Below are positions 31,891 through 41,132 of a stretch of 64,000 nucleotides of DNA, piece by piece. Source of the DNA: Candidatus Dojkabacteria bacterium (GTDB lineage: Bacteria > Patescibacteriota > Dojkabacteria > J137); the NCBI GenBank assembly GCA_030950485.1, contig JAUZRK010000006.1, positions 19,975 through 83,974 of the forward strand, in the 5' to 3' direction. The notes under the pieces are model-generated. The model worked only from the letters and a program-made list of their open reading frames with translations. It had not been told where the DNA came from and made no database searches. The position numbers and the translations under genes were made by a program. Position 1 is the first letter of the stretch. Each line of letters begins with the position of its first letter.

Positions 31891-32406
31891 ATGAACATAC
31901 GAAAACTACATAAAAATGATTTCACAGAATACAAAAGAATAAAATTAGAATCTTTAAAAGAAGAACCTATTGCGTTTGATTCCTCTTACGAAGAACTTAA
32001 GATATGGAATGAAGAAAAATGGCAGAGTATATTCTCTGACTTTCTAAATGAAGATGAGTGTATTTTTTACCTAGCAGAAGAAGATAACCAAGTTGTAGCT
32101 TTTGCTTATATAGAATTGATAAAAAAGACGAAGAAGAATCATATAGCTTCATTTCCAACAATGTATGTAAATAATGATTACAGATCGCAAGGAATCGCAA
32201 GTATGTTATTAGAAAAGCTAATAGACGAAATTAGACACAACTTCAAGCAAATAATCAAAATACAATTATCTGTATACGCGCCACAAAAAGCTGCAATAAA
32301 TCTCTACAAGAAATTTGGTTTTGAAATATTTGGCGAATTTAAGAAAGAGCTACAATATCAAGATAAGTTTTATGACCAGATAGCCATGGAATTATTCCTA
32401 CATTAG
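31891..32406 (+). CDS. GNAT N-acetyltransferase
   Basis: MYVNNDYRSQGIA; AAINLYKKFGF. Confidence 0.9.
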   Translation: MNIRKLHKNDFTEYKRIKLESLKEEPIAFDSSYEELKIWNEEKWQSIFSDFLNEDECIFYLAEEDNQVVAFAYIELIKKTKKNHIASFPTMYVNNDYRSQGIASMLLEKLIDEIRHNFKQIIKIQLSVYAPQKAAINLYKKFGFEIFGEFKKELQYQDKFYDQIAMELFLH

Positions 32407-32467
32407 TAGTTCATAGTATTAATTCTTCACCAAGTTTAATGATATAATTCTATAGTCAATAACACAT

Positions 32468-33853
32468 ATGGAAAATCTAAGAATAAACTATTCAAAATTT
32501 GTATTACCAAACGGAATAAAATGTATCTTGTATAACAGAGAAGAAATACACTCTGTAACAGTTAGAGTTAACGTAAACGTCGGAGCATTAGACGAAACAG
32601 CTACAACAACTGGCCTATCTCATTTTATAGAACACGTTGCCGCAGGAGACGGAACAAAAGATCTACCAACCTGGGAAGCACTAGATAAATTTAAAAATGA
32701 TCATTCAGGAAGCTCAAACGCTTATACTACTTACGATCATACTCAGTATTACGGAACATTTCCTTACCAATATTTAAAAGAAGCATTATTCTATTTTTCA
32801 CAGCAAGTACTACACCCACTAATTAGAACTGAAGACGTTGAAAAAGAACGAACAATAATTCTTGATGAAATGAGACGATATGACGATGATATTTATCATA
32901 ACGTCTATAAAAATATAAAAGAAAATAGATTTCAAAACAAAAAAACACAATTCAGCTACGACATAATTGGTACTAAAAAAAGATTAGCTGCTTACACTAG
33001 AGAGAATTTAAGAAATTTCTACGAAGACTATTATATTCCAGAAAACATAGAAGTATATATTGTTGGGAATATTGATGAAGAAGAAGCTAAAAAATACTTA
33101 GAGGAGTATTTTTATAAAGATATTAAAAATAGAAGGTCTGGTAGAAGTAAAGAAAGGGAATTTAAAGAAAAATACCCTGACTATTCAAAGTTCAATATAA
33201 GTGCTGTGCAAAAGCTTGATATAGATCAGTATTATCTATCTATTAATTTCCCATCTCCTGAATTTTCTCTTAGAAAAGCAGAAGATAGATTTAGAGTAGA
33301 TTTTCTAGCTGCAATAACTGCTTCTGGACAATACTCTCAATCAGTTTTATGGAAGAAATTAAGAGAAGAGCTTAACCTAGTTTATGGAATAAGTGCGTTT
33401 ACTTACGACTATCTCTATTCTAGAAATTTCTTTACTATTTTTACTTCATTTAATAAAGAGAATCTAAGTACGATACTTAAAGAGGTGTATAACGGAGTTA
33501 ATCAAATAAAATACGGAAAGATAACAGAAAGCATATTTAAATCTAGGCAAAAGAAACTAATAGATACTCAACTAATGCAATTAGATAAGCCTGCAAACGT
33601 CTTAAACTGGATTACAAGTAGTGAAGATGAACTAGAAGCCCATGAAAAAGAAATTACCATTCCATATTTCTTAAATTATATTGAAAACGAAACTTTTGAA
33701 AATATTATAGAAATCGGTAAGGAAATATTTGATTGGTCTAAAGTTAATATTGGATTAGTTTCAAAAGATAGTAAAAAAGATGCTGAATTATTATTACGAT
33801 CTGAATGGGAGAAAATTGCACTAGCAGAAGACCAGATTAAACTGATTAAATAA
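32468..33853 (+). CDS. M16 family zinc peptidase
   Basis: GLSHFIEH (HxxEH); NAYT; ER.IILDE; LREELNLVY. Confidence 0.92.
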   Translation: MENLRINYSKFVLPNGIKCILYNREEIHSVTVRVNVNVGALDETATTTGLSHFIEHVAAGDGTKDLPTWEALDKFKNDHSGSSNAYTTYDHTQYYGTFPYQYLKEALFYFSQQVLHPLIRTEDVEKERTIILDEMRRYDDDIYHNVYKNIKENRFQNKKTQFSYDIIGTKKRLAAYTRENLRNFYEDYYIPENIEVYIVGNIDEEEAKKYLEEYFYKDIKNRRSGRSKEREFKEKYPDYSKFNISAVQKLDIDQYYLSINFPSPEFSLRKAEDRFRVDFLAAITASGQYSQSVLWKKLREELNLVYGISAFTYDYLYSRNFFTIFTSFNKENLSTILKEVYNGVNQIKYGKITESIFKSRQKKLIDTQLMQLDKPANVLNWITSSEDELEAHEKEITIPYFLNYIENETFENIIEIGKEIFDWSKVNIGLVSKDSKKDAELLLRSEWEKIALAEDQIKLIK

Positions 33854-33870
33854 TTGGTAATTAGAAAGAA

Positions 33871-34131
33871 ATGACTCAAGAAAGCAATAATAAAAAAAAG
33901 AGCGGCGCTATACGGATTGATCCAAAAATGAATCTTGCAGATTTAATGGATACGTATCCAGAAATTGTTGATGTCTTAGCTGAAGAATTTGAGATTTATT
34001 GTGCTATGTGTCCTATGTATGAATATGATAATCTTGAAGAAGCTTCTAGTTATCATGATATTGAAAATGAACATTTTCTAGAGATGATTGAGTACTTAGA
34101 AGATATTATTAATAAAGAGAGAAATAAATAG
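33871..34131 (+). CDS. DUF1858-like (CxxC) small protein
   Basis: I..KMNLADLM.TYPE; YCAMCP; LEEA..YH.I. Confidence 0.75.
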   Translation: MTQESNNKKKSGAIRIDPKMNLADLMDTYPEIVDVLAEEFEIYCAMCPMYEYDNLEEASSYHDIENEHFLEMIEYLEDIINKERNK

Positions 34132-34809
34132 ATGTATTTAAAAACAGATACAAAAACAATAGATTTTGATAATCAAGAAGAAGTAAGCAAAGCTTATCAA
34201 GAAGGATATCTTCTAACTAGGCTGGGAAAAGAGAGGGGAGTAGTTAATCAAACTAGATCTATAAGAATAAATCTAGAAAATTTTGAATTTACATCTGAGA
34301 ATAGAAGGGTTTTAAGAAAGACTGAAGATTTAGAGCTACATTTATATGAGTTACCATATAAAAATTATAGCTGGGAGATACATAAAATGGGTAAGGACTT
34401 TTATGATTTTGTTTCAGGAGCTGGAACTATGAGCGCATCTAAGATAAAGAGCATGTTTACAAAACCAGAAATAGAAAACCCAAGCTATGTTTTTGTTTAT
34501 AAGAAAGGAGACGAAGTAGTAGGTTATTGTTTAAGTTACATTAATGATTCGATAGTTCATTACTCTTATCCATTTTATAACTTAGATTTAAGAGATAAGA
34601 ATTTAGGAATGGGAATGATATTAAAAGCACTTGAATCCTCAATTGATAATAAAAAGAAGTACTTTTATTTGGGGTCTATTACAACAGAGAAAGCTAAGTA
34701 TAAACTGCAGTTTAAGAACCTAGAGTGGTTTGATACAGAAATAAAGGAGTGGAGTTCGGATATAGATGATTTAAAAAGAATTATCTCAGCAAATTCAATT
34801 GGACACTGA
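34132..34809 (+). CDS. Arginyl/aminoacyl-tRNA-protein transferase (ATE/Bpt)-like protein
   Basis: RSIRINL..F.FTSENRRVLRK; YPFY..D....LG..MIL; YFYLG; KYKLQF. Confidence 0.65.
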   Translation: MYLKTDTKTIDFDNQEEVSKAYQEGYLLTRLGKERGVVNQTRSIRINLENFEFTSENRRVLRKTEDLELHLYELPYKNYSWEIHKMGKDFYDFVSGAGTMSASKIKSMFTKPEIENPSYVFVYKKGDEVVGYCLSYINDSIVHYSYPFYNLDLRDKNLGMGMILKALESSIDNKKKYFYLGSITTEKAKYKLQFKNLEWFDTEIKEWSSDIDDLKRIISANSIGH

Positions 34810-34839
34810 TTAGACTGATCTAACAGATTCACACTGATT
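34803..34839. repeat. Degenerate nonamer array (ACACTGATT / AGACTGATC / AACAGATT)
   Basis: Four units overlapping the stop codon of the ATE-like gene. Confidence 0.6.
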
Positions 34840-34894
34840 ATAAACGTATCTGTTTTACTATCGTATTACGACTGCATTACTATTGTGCTCCCTT

Positions 34895-36127
34895 CTAATC
34901 TTCACTTATATTATCACTGTAATACCTCATATACACCTCAAAAGTAGTTACCAATATAATTATAACTATTGGACCGTATATAAATCCTAGAACTCCAAAT
35001 AGTTGTAGTCCACCTAAAATACTTAAAAGTACTAAGGTTGGATTAATTTCTGCATCTTTTGGGACAAGTCTAGGCCTAAGAACCGTATCTACTTGTCCTA
35101 CTATAAATATATTTGTTAGAACTAGCATCAAAGCACCTGCTGTATTTCCAGTTAAGAATAATACTAAAGAAATTGGGAATACTACAATTCCTGATCCGAT
35201 AGGAATAATAGAGAATATTGTAGCTAGCATAGACCAGAAGAATACATAATCAACTCCAGCTATATATAAAAATATTCCTGTTATTGAACCTTGTAGAAAA
35301 GCTATTATAAATGTACCCTTTATCATTGCAACTCCCATATCTGTAATCCTTTTAATATAACTTTCATCAATCTCATCAGCAAGTGGGCTAATCTTCTTGT
35401 AGAATGTCTCAATTCTACTATGCGATGGGAATAGTGCTAATAATAGGACAACAAAGACTATGGCATTTGTAACTATTTTAACTGTTGAACCTCCGAGCTC
35501 TAAAGCTCTGTCTGCTAGAAAAGCAGTTATCGGTTTAATTATATCGTTTACAAAATTTTCTAATTCATCTCTCGTTACTTCTTTACTCTCTGTAAAAGGG
35601 AACTTATCAATAGTTTTGTTTATAGTTTTCAACAAATCAGTAACATCAATATTACCTATAGTATTAGGATCTACTTCTTCAACATTTCCCTCACCGTTAA
35701 CTTTAAATAAAGTATCTACCGCACCAGAATCGCTCGTATTATTTAATCTTTCTTGTATTTCTATAATTGCAGATTTAGTCTCCTCAACAGGCTTTTCTTC
35801 AACTCTATTCGCAGCAACAAATCCTTGTATGTCGTCATTAAATGCTAATACCTGGTTATACGTTAGATAAGATATAAAGATTATTGGTATTAAAATACTT
35901 AAGAACATGAAGAAAACCGCTAAAGGACTAGCAATTCCATTAAATCTAAATACTTTAAGTAATCTTCTATATATAGGTGAATAAAGTGCTGTTAATAAGA
36001 ATGCTAAAACAGCTAATGAAAGATATGGTTGTAACACGTAAAATGATGCTATTAGAACTATTCCAAATAGACCAAAAAAGAAGGTCGTATTTTGTTTTGT
36101 ATGCATTTCTTTCATTCTAGATTTCAT
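34895..36127 (-). CDS. AI-2E (PurR/PerM) family transporter
   Basis: IAFLQG; IPIGS; DTVLRPRLV; GGLQLFGVLGFIYGP. Confidence 0.9.
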   Translation of the reverse strand: MKSRMKEMHTKQNTTFFFGLFGIVLIASFYVLQPYLSLAVLAFLLTALYSPIYRRLLKVFRFNGIASPLAVFFMFLSILIPIIFISYLTYNQVLAFNDDIQGFVAANRVEEKPVEETKSAIIEIQERLNNTSDSGAVDTLFKVNGEGNVEEVDPNTIGNIDVTDLLKTINKTIDKFPFTESKEVTRDELENFVNDIIKPITAFLADRALELGGSTVKIVTNAIVFVVLLLALFPSHSRIETFYKKISPLADEIDESYIKRITDMGVAMIKGTFIIAFLQGSITGIFLYIAGVDYVFFWSMLATIFSIIPIGSGIVVFPISLVLFLTGNTAGALMLVLTNIFIVGQVDTVLRPRLVPKDAEINPTLVLLSILGGLQLFGVLGFIYGPIVIIILVTTFEVYMRYYSDNISED

Positions 36128-36146
36128 TACGCTAAGTATAAAGGAA

Positions 36147-36249
36147 AATGGTAAAAGTTAGAAGCAAAAAGTTATAAGTCAAATATTATCTCTCGCTACA
36201 CTCGATTCTTAAATTATTTTGACTTTAGACTTCTAACTTTCTTCTCATT
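36147..36249. repeat. Imperfect inverted repeat built from degenerate heptamers
   Basis: AAAGTTAGAAG..AAGTCAAA pairs with TTTGACTT..CTTCTAACTTT. Confidence 0.55.
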
Positions 36250-36348
36250 AGAATAATTTAATTCGGTATAGTATACTTCAATAGCTTCAAATGAATGTAA
36301 AAAGCAACATAAGTTTGAACACAATATAAATTTTGAATAATACGTTAT

Positions 36349-36909
36349 ATGGCTACAACAGAAGTAAAGAGAGGAATGGTAATAAATTATAATAATGAGC
36401 CAACCTTAGTCTTAGAAAAGGAATTTTTCAAACCTGGAAAAGGAGGTGCTTTTAATAGAACAAAATTAAAAGGACTAATTTCTGGAAGAATAGTAAATGT
36501 AACTTTTAGATCTGGAGAGACTTTAGATGATGTTGAAGTAGAAAATCAGACTGTACAGTTCTCATACATTGATGGGGATATGGCTCATTTTATGAATGGA
36601 GATACTTTTGAAATGTTCGCTGTTGAATTAGACAATATTGACGGAGGTAAAGACTACTTAATTGAAGAAGGTAAATATATAGCAATGTTTTATGAAGGTA
36701 AAGCAATCTCGCTTCAACTTCCTGCTAAATTAGAATTAACAGTAACTCAAACAGCAGATGGAGGAGATAAAGGAAATACAAGTGGAAATCCTACAAAAGA
36801 GGCTGTATTAGAAACAGGAAAAGTTGTAAAAGTACCTTTATTTATTAAACAAGGAGAGAAAATAGTTGTAAATACAGATACTGGAGATTACGGAGGAAAA
36901 GTTAATTAA
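36349..36909 (+). CDS. efp: Elongation factor P
   Basis: FKPGKGGAF (modified Lys loop); KEAVLETG..VKVPLFI. Confidence 0.97.
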   Translation: MATTEVKRGMVINYNNEPTLVLEKEFFKPGKGGAFNRTKLKGLISGRIVNVTFRSGETLDDVEVENQTVQFSYIDGDMAHFMNGDTFEMFAVELDNIDGGKDYLIEEGKYIAMFYEGKAISLQLPAKLELTVTQTADGGDKGNTSGNPTKEAVLETGKVVKVPLFIKQGEKIVVNTDTGDYGGKVN

Positions 36910-36927
36910 GTAGCTTCAAACATATAT

Positions 36928-36959
36928 TAACAGGCGGTAATTTTAATTACCGCCTGTTA
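36928..36959. terminator. Perfect 15-bp hairpin between efp and epmA
   Basis: TAACAGGCGGTAATT-TT-AATTACCGCCTGTTA. Confidence 0.7.
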
Positions 36960-36969
36960 TAATTTATAT

Positions 36970-38028
36970 ATGAAATCATTTCAAAATCTTAAAGAAAATC
37001 CAGAGTTTTTTGAAAGATACTTTATAAAGGAGTATATGATACAGGCTATCAGAAAATTCTTCGAGGCGAAAAATTACCATGAACTAGAGAGTCCAATATT
37101 AGCTGATGCACTTCCACAGGAGAGATATCTCAATGTATTATCTACAGAAATACAGTTACAAAATGGAACAAAAAAAACAGCGTACTTAATACCTTCAACA
37201 GAAACTTGGAATAAAAAAATTTTAGCTGCAGGACTTGGCAATCATTTTACTATTACAAAAGTTTTCAGAGGTCTTGAAGAAATAAGCCCTAATCATGCGC
37301 CTGAGTTTACAATGCTAGAGTGGTATGAATTGGATCATAACTATCATGATTTAATGGACTCTACAGAAGAATTAATAAAATCTATAATTGAATATATAAA
37401 TTCCAAGAAATTAAATCATTATAGATACGATGATGGCACAGTTTTATATAATGATACAAAAATTAAATTTTTTGAAAAATGGCAAAGAAAATCAGTTAGA
37501 GAATTATTCAAAGAGAATCTAGATACTAATCTTGAAGATATTATTAGTTTAGATGGTGTAAAAATCTTAGCCGAAAAACTTAATGTTAAAATTTTGGATA
37601 ATGATGACTGGCATACAATTTTCGATATTATATTTTCTGAATTTATAGAGACTAAATTCCCAGAAGATATTCCGATCTTTGTTTATGATTACCCTAAAAT
37701 AATGTGTCCTCTAACTAAGCCTAGTGAAACTGATCCTCTAGTCTCTCAAAAAGTAGAATTATATATTGCAAGAAAAGAAATAGCTAATGGGTATACTGAG
37801 CTTTTAGATGCGGATTTACAAAAAGAGAACTTTGATAGAGAGCAGAAGGCTAGAGCAGAGCTAGGTAGGCCCGAAATAAAATACGACAATGATCTTATAG
37901 ATGCATTAAGCCTTGGTATCCCAAAAGTAGCTGGAATAGGAATGGGTCTTGATAGATTGGCAATGATACTTGCAAATGCTAAATCAATTTCAGATATTAA
38001 CTTTTTTCCTGCAAGCGAATGGAATTAA
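36970..38028 (+). CDS. epmA: EF-P lysyl ligase (EpmA/GenX/PoxA), a LysRS catalytic-domain paralog
   Basis: No anticodon domain; YLIPSTE..K.LAAG; HAPEFTMLEWY; EIANGY.EL; GIGMGLDRL; adjacent to efp. Confidence 0.9.
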   Translation: MKSFQNLKENPEFFERYFIKEYMIQAIRKFFEAKNYHELESPILADALPQERYLNVLSTEIQLQNGTKKTAYLIPSTETWNKKILAAGLGNHFTITKVFRGLEEISPNHAPEFTMLEWYELDHNYHDLMDSTEELIKSIIEYINSKKLNHYRYDDGTVLYNDTKIKFFEKWQRKSVRELFKENLDTNLEDIISLDGVKILAEKLNVKILDNDDWHTIFDIIFSEFIETKFPEDIPIFVYDYPKIMCPLTKPSETDPLVSQKVELYIARKEIANGYTELLDADLQKENFDREQKARAELGRPEIKYDNDLIDALSLGIPKVAGIGMGLDRLAMILANAKSISDINFFPASEWN

Positions 38029-38771
38029 TTCAATCTGCAAACAAATCAAATGCAAAATTCTATGACATTGCTTACTCTCTAGTTAAAGGTGAGGATGTTA
38101 CTTCACAGGAGATTAAACTAATTGAGTCTTTAATCAAAGACAAAGACTCAAGAATACTTGATGTTGGTGCTGGGACAGGAAGACATTTATTTCCACTTAT
38201 TAATTCAGGTTATAAAGTAGACGCGATAGAAGAATCTATTGAAATGATTAATGAGATAAAACGTAAGACGAATAAATTTAATGATATAAAAGTTTTTAAT
38301 TGGTCATTTCTTGAAAAAAATAATCAGGTTAAAGAAAAATATGATTTAATTGTGTTGATGTGGAATGCTATTTTTGAAATAGCACATATAAAATATGAAC
38401 TTACAGAACTATTTAAAAAATTAAAATCTCTATTGGCTGTGGGTGGTAAGATCTTAATCAACATTGATGATCTAAGAAATATTGATCCAGCTATGACAGG
38501 TCATGTGCTTATTAAAGAAGAAAATGGGAAAAAGTATGAGATGAACTGGAAAGTTCTAAATTATAATCAAGAAACCAAATTGTTGGAGTCACTAGAATCA
38601 TTTAGTGTAGTTGATTTAAAAACTCAAAAAGTATTGCAAACATCTAAAGGTTCTATTTATCAGACTTGGTGGGGGTTAGATGATATACAAGAGGAGGCTG
38701 ATGAGATAGGGCTTAGTATTAGTGTCAGAAGTATAAGTTTAAATGAGGAACTTTATTTAGTTCTTAGGTAA
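38019..38771 (+). CDS. Class I SAM-dependent methyltransferase overlapping the epmA 3' end
   Basis: ILDVGAGTGRH; YDLIV; GGKILI. Confidence 0.88.
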   Translation: MELIQSANKSNAKFYDIAYSLVKGEDVTSQEIKLIESLIKDKDSRILDVGAGTGRHLFPLINSGYKVDAIEESIEMINEIKRKTNKFNDIKVFNWSFLEKNNQVKEKYDLIVLMWNAIFEIAHIKYELTELFKKLKSLLAVGGKILINIDDLRNIDPAMTGHVLIKEENGKKYEMNWKVLNYNQETKLLESLESFSVVDLKTQKVLQTSKGSIYQTWWGLDDIQEEADEIGLSISVRSISLNEELYLVLR

Positions 38772-38774
38772 TTT

Positions 38775-39096
38775 GCTATGAGTTGTAGTTTTTTTAGGTT
38801 GTAGTTCGTAGTAAGTAGGTTATTTAACCGCTATTTTCACATTTCTCCTCTTTCTTACCTCATTTCCTAGCTGTCCCGCATCTCGATACATTTTTCTCGC
38901 CCCCCTCGAAAAACACTCGATGCTCCACTTTGATTATTACATTTTCCAATTCCCACCCTCATTTCTACTTTTTACTTTTTACTATGCATTTTCATTGTGC
39001 ATTTTGCATCTCACATTTGACTTCTTACTTTTTACTTTTCTTACTTCTTAAATCTTATGTCTTATCTCTTATGCCTTACGTCTTACCTCTTCATTT
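38775..39096. repeat. Mosaic of degenerate heptamer arrays plus a REP-like palindrome half
   Basis: Runs of (TTTTAC/TTCTTAC/TCTTATG/TTTGCAT)-type units and TCTCGATACATTTTTC..GAAAAACACTCGA between convergent genes. Confidence 0.65.
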
Positions 39097-40116
39097 CTAT
39101 CTTATCTTAAACCACCTCAAAGACTCATCAATCATCTTAATTCTTTTTTCATCAACCCCTCCATTTCTTCTTAAAACAAAAAATGCTTTCCAAATAATAG
39201 TTCGATATCTATACAGTTTATAAATTTCATCAAAATTATCTGGTAGGGATTTTATAGACTTATAACCTTCAATTAATTTCTTTTCTCTAGGATATAGCGT
39301 TGTCCAAGTAGGACAAGAAGCAAGGTCAAGCATTGATGAACCTACAACAGCCGCCTCCCAGTCAAAAGCACCGTTTAAATTAAACGTCTTAGTGTCATAC
39401 ATTATATTATGATCAGCAAGATCATGATGAACAAGATTCCCTTTTTCTATATTTATTAACTGAATTCTATCTTCAAATAGCTTCAAAGATTTATCTACCT
39501 CACTTACAGTCAAAACTCCATCATCACTAATTTCTTTAAGGTCTTGCTCTAATCTAACCTTTATATAATCGTAGAAAGTCTCATAAGCCCCTTTTAAACT
39601 ATCGATAGGCTCAGTTTCATCAAACAACCCGAATCCGTCTAATTTTATTTCAGAGATTTTTGCAATATACTCTCCTAATTGAAAAGATATTCGATCATAG
39701 TCTTCTTTAGTTCCTTCAAATATAACCTCTGGATCTAACCCTTCGAAAAATTCTTCTATTTGATAGTCAAATTTATATTTTTCTCTTGAGATATCGACAG
39801 ATAAGATCTTATTAGTGTTTACTCCAATATCTAAAACTCTATCAGTAATCATCTTTTCTATAAGCATCACTTTTTCATGTTCAAATTCGCCTGTATTCGC
39901 TCTAAAGACTAATTTTCTTAAATCATTTTGAAAATCTGCAATATAAATCACATGTGCAGTCCCCCAGCTATCTGGTCTTGTCAGAGTTCTAACTTCTAAT
40001 CCTAGTTCATTTTTAAAAATCTCTCTTATAATCTCTTCATTAAAAACATCATATCTAGTTTCAAATGATTTAATATGATCATCAGATCTATGTGCAACTT
40101 TATAAAATATTTTCAT
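39097..40116 (-). CDS. Aminoglycoside phosphotransferase (APH/ChoK) family kinase
   Basis: LVHHDLADHNI; FDWE; DLA. Confidence 0.85.
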   Translation of the reverse strand: MKIFYKVAHRSDDHIKSFETRYDVFNEEIIREIFKNELGLEVRTLTRPDSWGTAHVIYIADFQNDLRKLVFRANTGEFEHEKVMLIEKMITDRVLDIGVNTNKILSVDISREKYKFDYQIEEFFEGLDPEVIFEGTKEDYDRISFQLGEYIAKISEIKLDGFGLFDETEPIDSLKGAYETFYDYIKVRLEQDLKEISDDGVLTVSEVDKSLKLFEDRIQLINIEKGNLVHHDLADHNIMYDTKTFNLNGAFDWEAAVVGSSMLDLASCPTWTTLYPREKKLIEGYKSIKSLPDNFDEIYKLYRYRTIIWKAFFVLRRNGGVDEKRIKMIDESLRWFKIR

Positions 40117-40193
40117 CTCAAATTTCTTAAGTTATTATTTTTAATTGTATCATTAATATTGACTATATCTGAATTCAGTTTATAATTCCTGAC

Positions 40194-41069
40194 ATGAGTA
40201 ATACAGATAAAATACAAACGGATGCAGCGGCTCCATTCAGTGAATTTACAAATCCATTAAATCACACATCGAATGCTAAAGCACCTAAAAACCAATCTAA
40301 AATAAATTTATATGACATAGCTCTAGATCAACTAGAAGCTGTAGGTCAGAGAATATTAGATGAAATGGATGAAGTATATTTATATTATGTATCCTTGTTA
40401 GAAGGGGAGTTAGAAGATTTCTGGCACTTAGATGTTCCAGTTTGTTCTAATGATAATAGCTTACAGGTAATTTTTGAAGACGATGGTAGTACCAATATCT
40501 TAAATACTCAAAAAGAAACAGCATTAGAGTGCTATGGTGATGATAGTATAGAAAATCCTATACGATTATATGATCAAGCTAAATATGTTTCTCAATTCCT
40601 TCCAGTAATATATGGGCTTTTAGAGAAAGGTATGTGTCATAATGATAAGATTTACGTCTCAATAGAAGTTCCTTTTAGTTTCGAAGTCTCATGTCAAAAG
40701 CATGGAGATGGAAAAAGAGATGGACAACGAGGTGATCATATTGTAATGGCGGAAGGTGTGTTTATAATAGAAAAAGGTGAAGCTCCTTTACTTACTCAAG
40801 TTCGTATTAATTTAGATGATTTTGATGAAGATACCGTTAGGCCAACTTTAAGTCAATCATTTAGACTTGGAAATGAAATAGAAGTAGAATGGGTGAATCG
40901 AATTTATAAAGCATCAAGATACCTAGCAAGAATGGCCAATTATCGTGAGGATGAAGAATATGATGGAATATTCGATAAATATTCGTATATTGAGTTTCTT
41001 TTGTTAAAGATTACTGAAAAAATAGATACAAGTGAAAAAACTGGAATTATTCGGCACAAAGAACAATAA
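40194..41069 (+). CDS. Hypothetical acidic protein
   Basis: 291-aa ORF with a TTGACT..TATAAT promoter upstream; no recognised motif. Confidence 0.6.
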   Translation: MSNTDKIQTDAAAPFSEFTNPLNHTSNAKAPKNQSKINLYDIALDQLEAVGQRILDEMDEVYLYYVSLLEGELEDFWHLDVPVCSNDNSLQVIFEDDGSTNILNTQKETALECYGDDSIENPIRLYDQAKYVSQFLPVIYGLLEKGMCHNDKIYVSIEVPFSFEVSCQKHGDGKRDGQRGDHIVMAEGVFIIEKGEAPLLTQVRINLDDFDEDTVRPTLSQSFRLGNEIEVEWVNRIYKASRYLARMANYREDEEYDGIFDKYSYIEFLLLKITEKIDTSEKTGIIRHKEQ

Positions 41070-41132
41070 ATAATTAAATTTTACTGAATCGCTTTTATCC
41101 ATTATAATTACTTGGATAATTAAATAAAGAAT

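Noticed and set aside
31560-32406. Integrated prophage or island at tRNA-Glu
   Set aside because: No integrase, no duplicated tRNA 3' end and no phage genes seen in the window.
34895-36127. AI-2 quorum sensing inferred from the AI-2E transporter
   Set aside because: The family name does not imply substrate, and no luxS or lsr genes are present in the window.
39097-40116. Bona fide aminoglycoside resistance gene
   Set aside because: Only generic APH/choline-kinase motifs are present; the substrate cannot be inferred.
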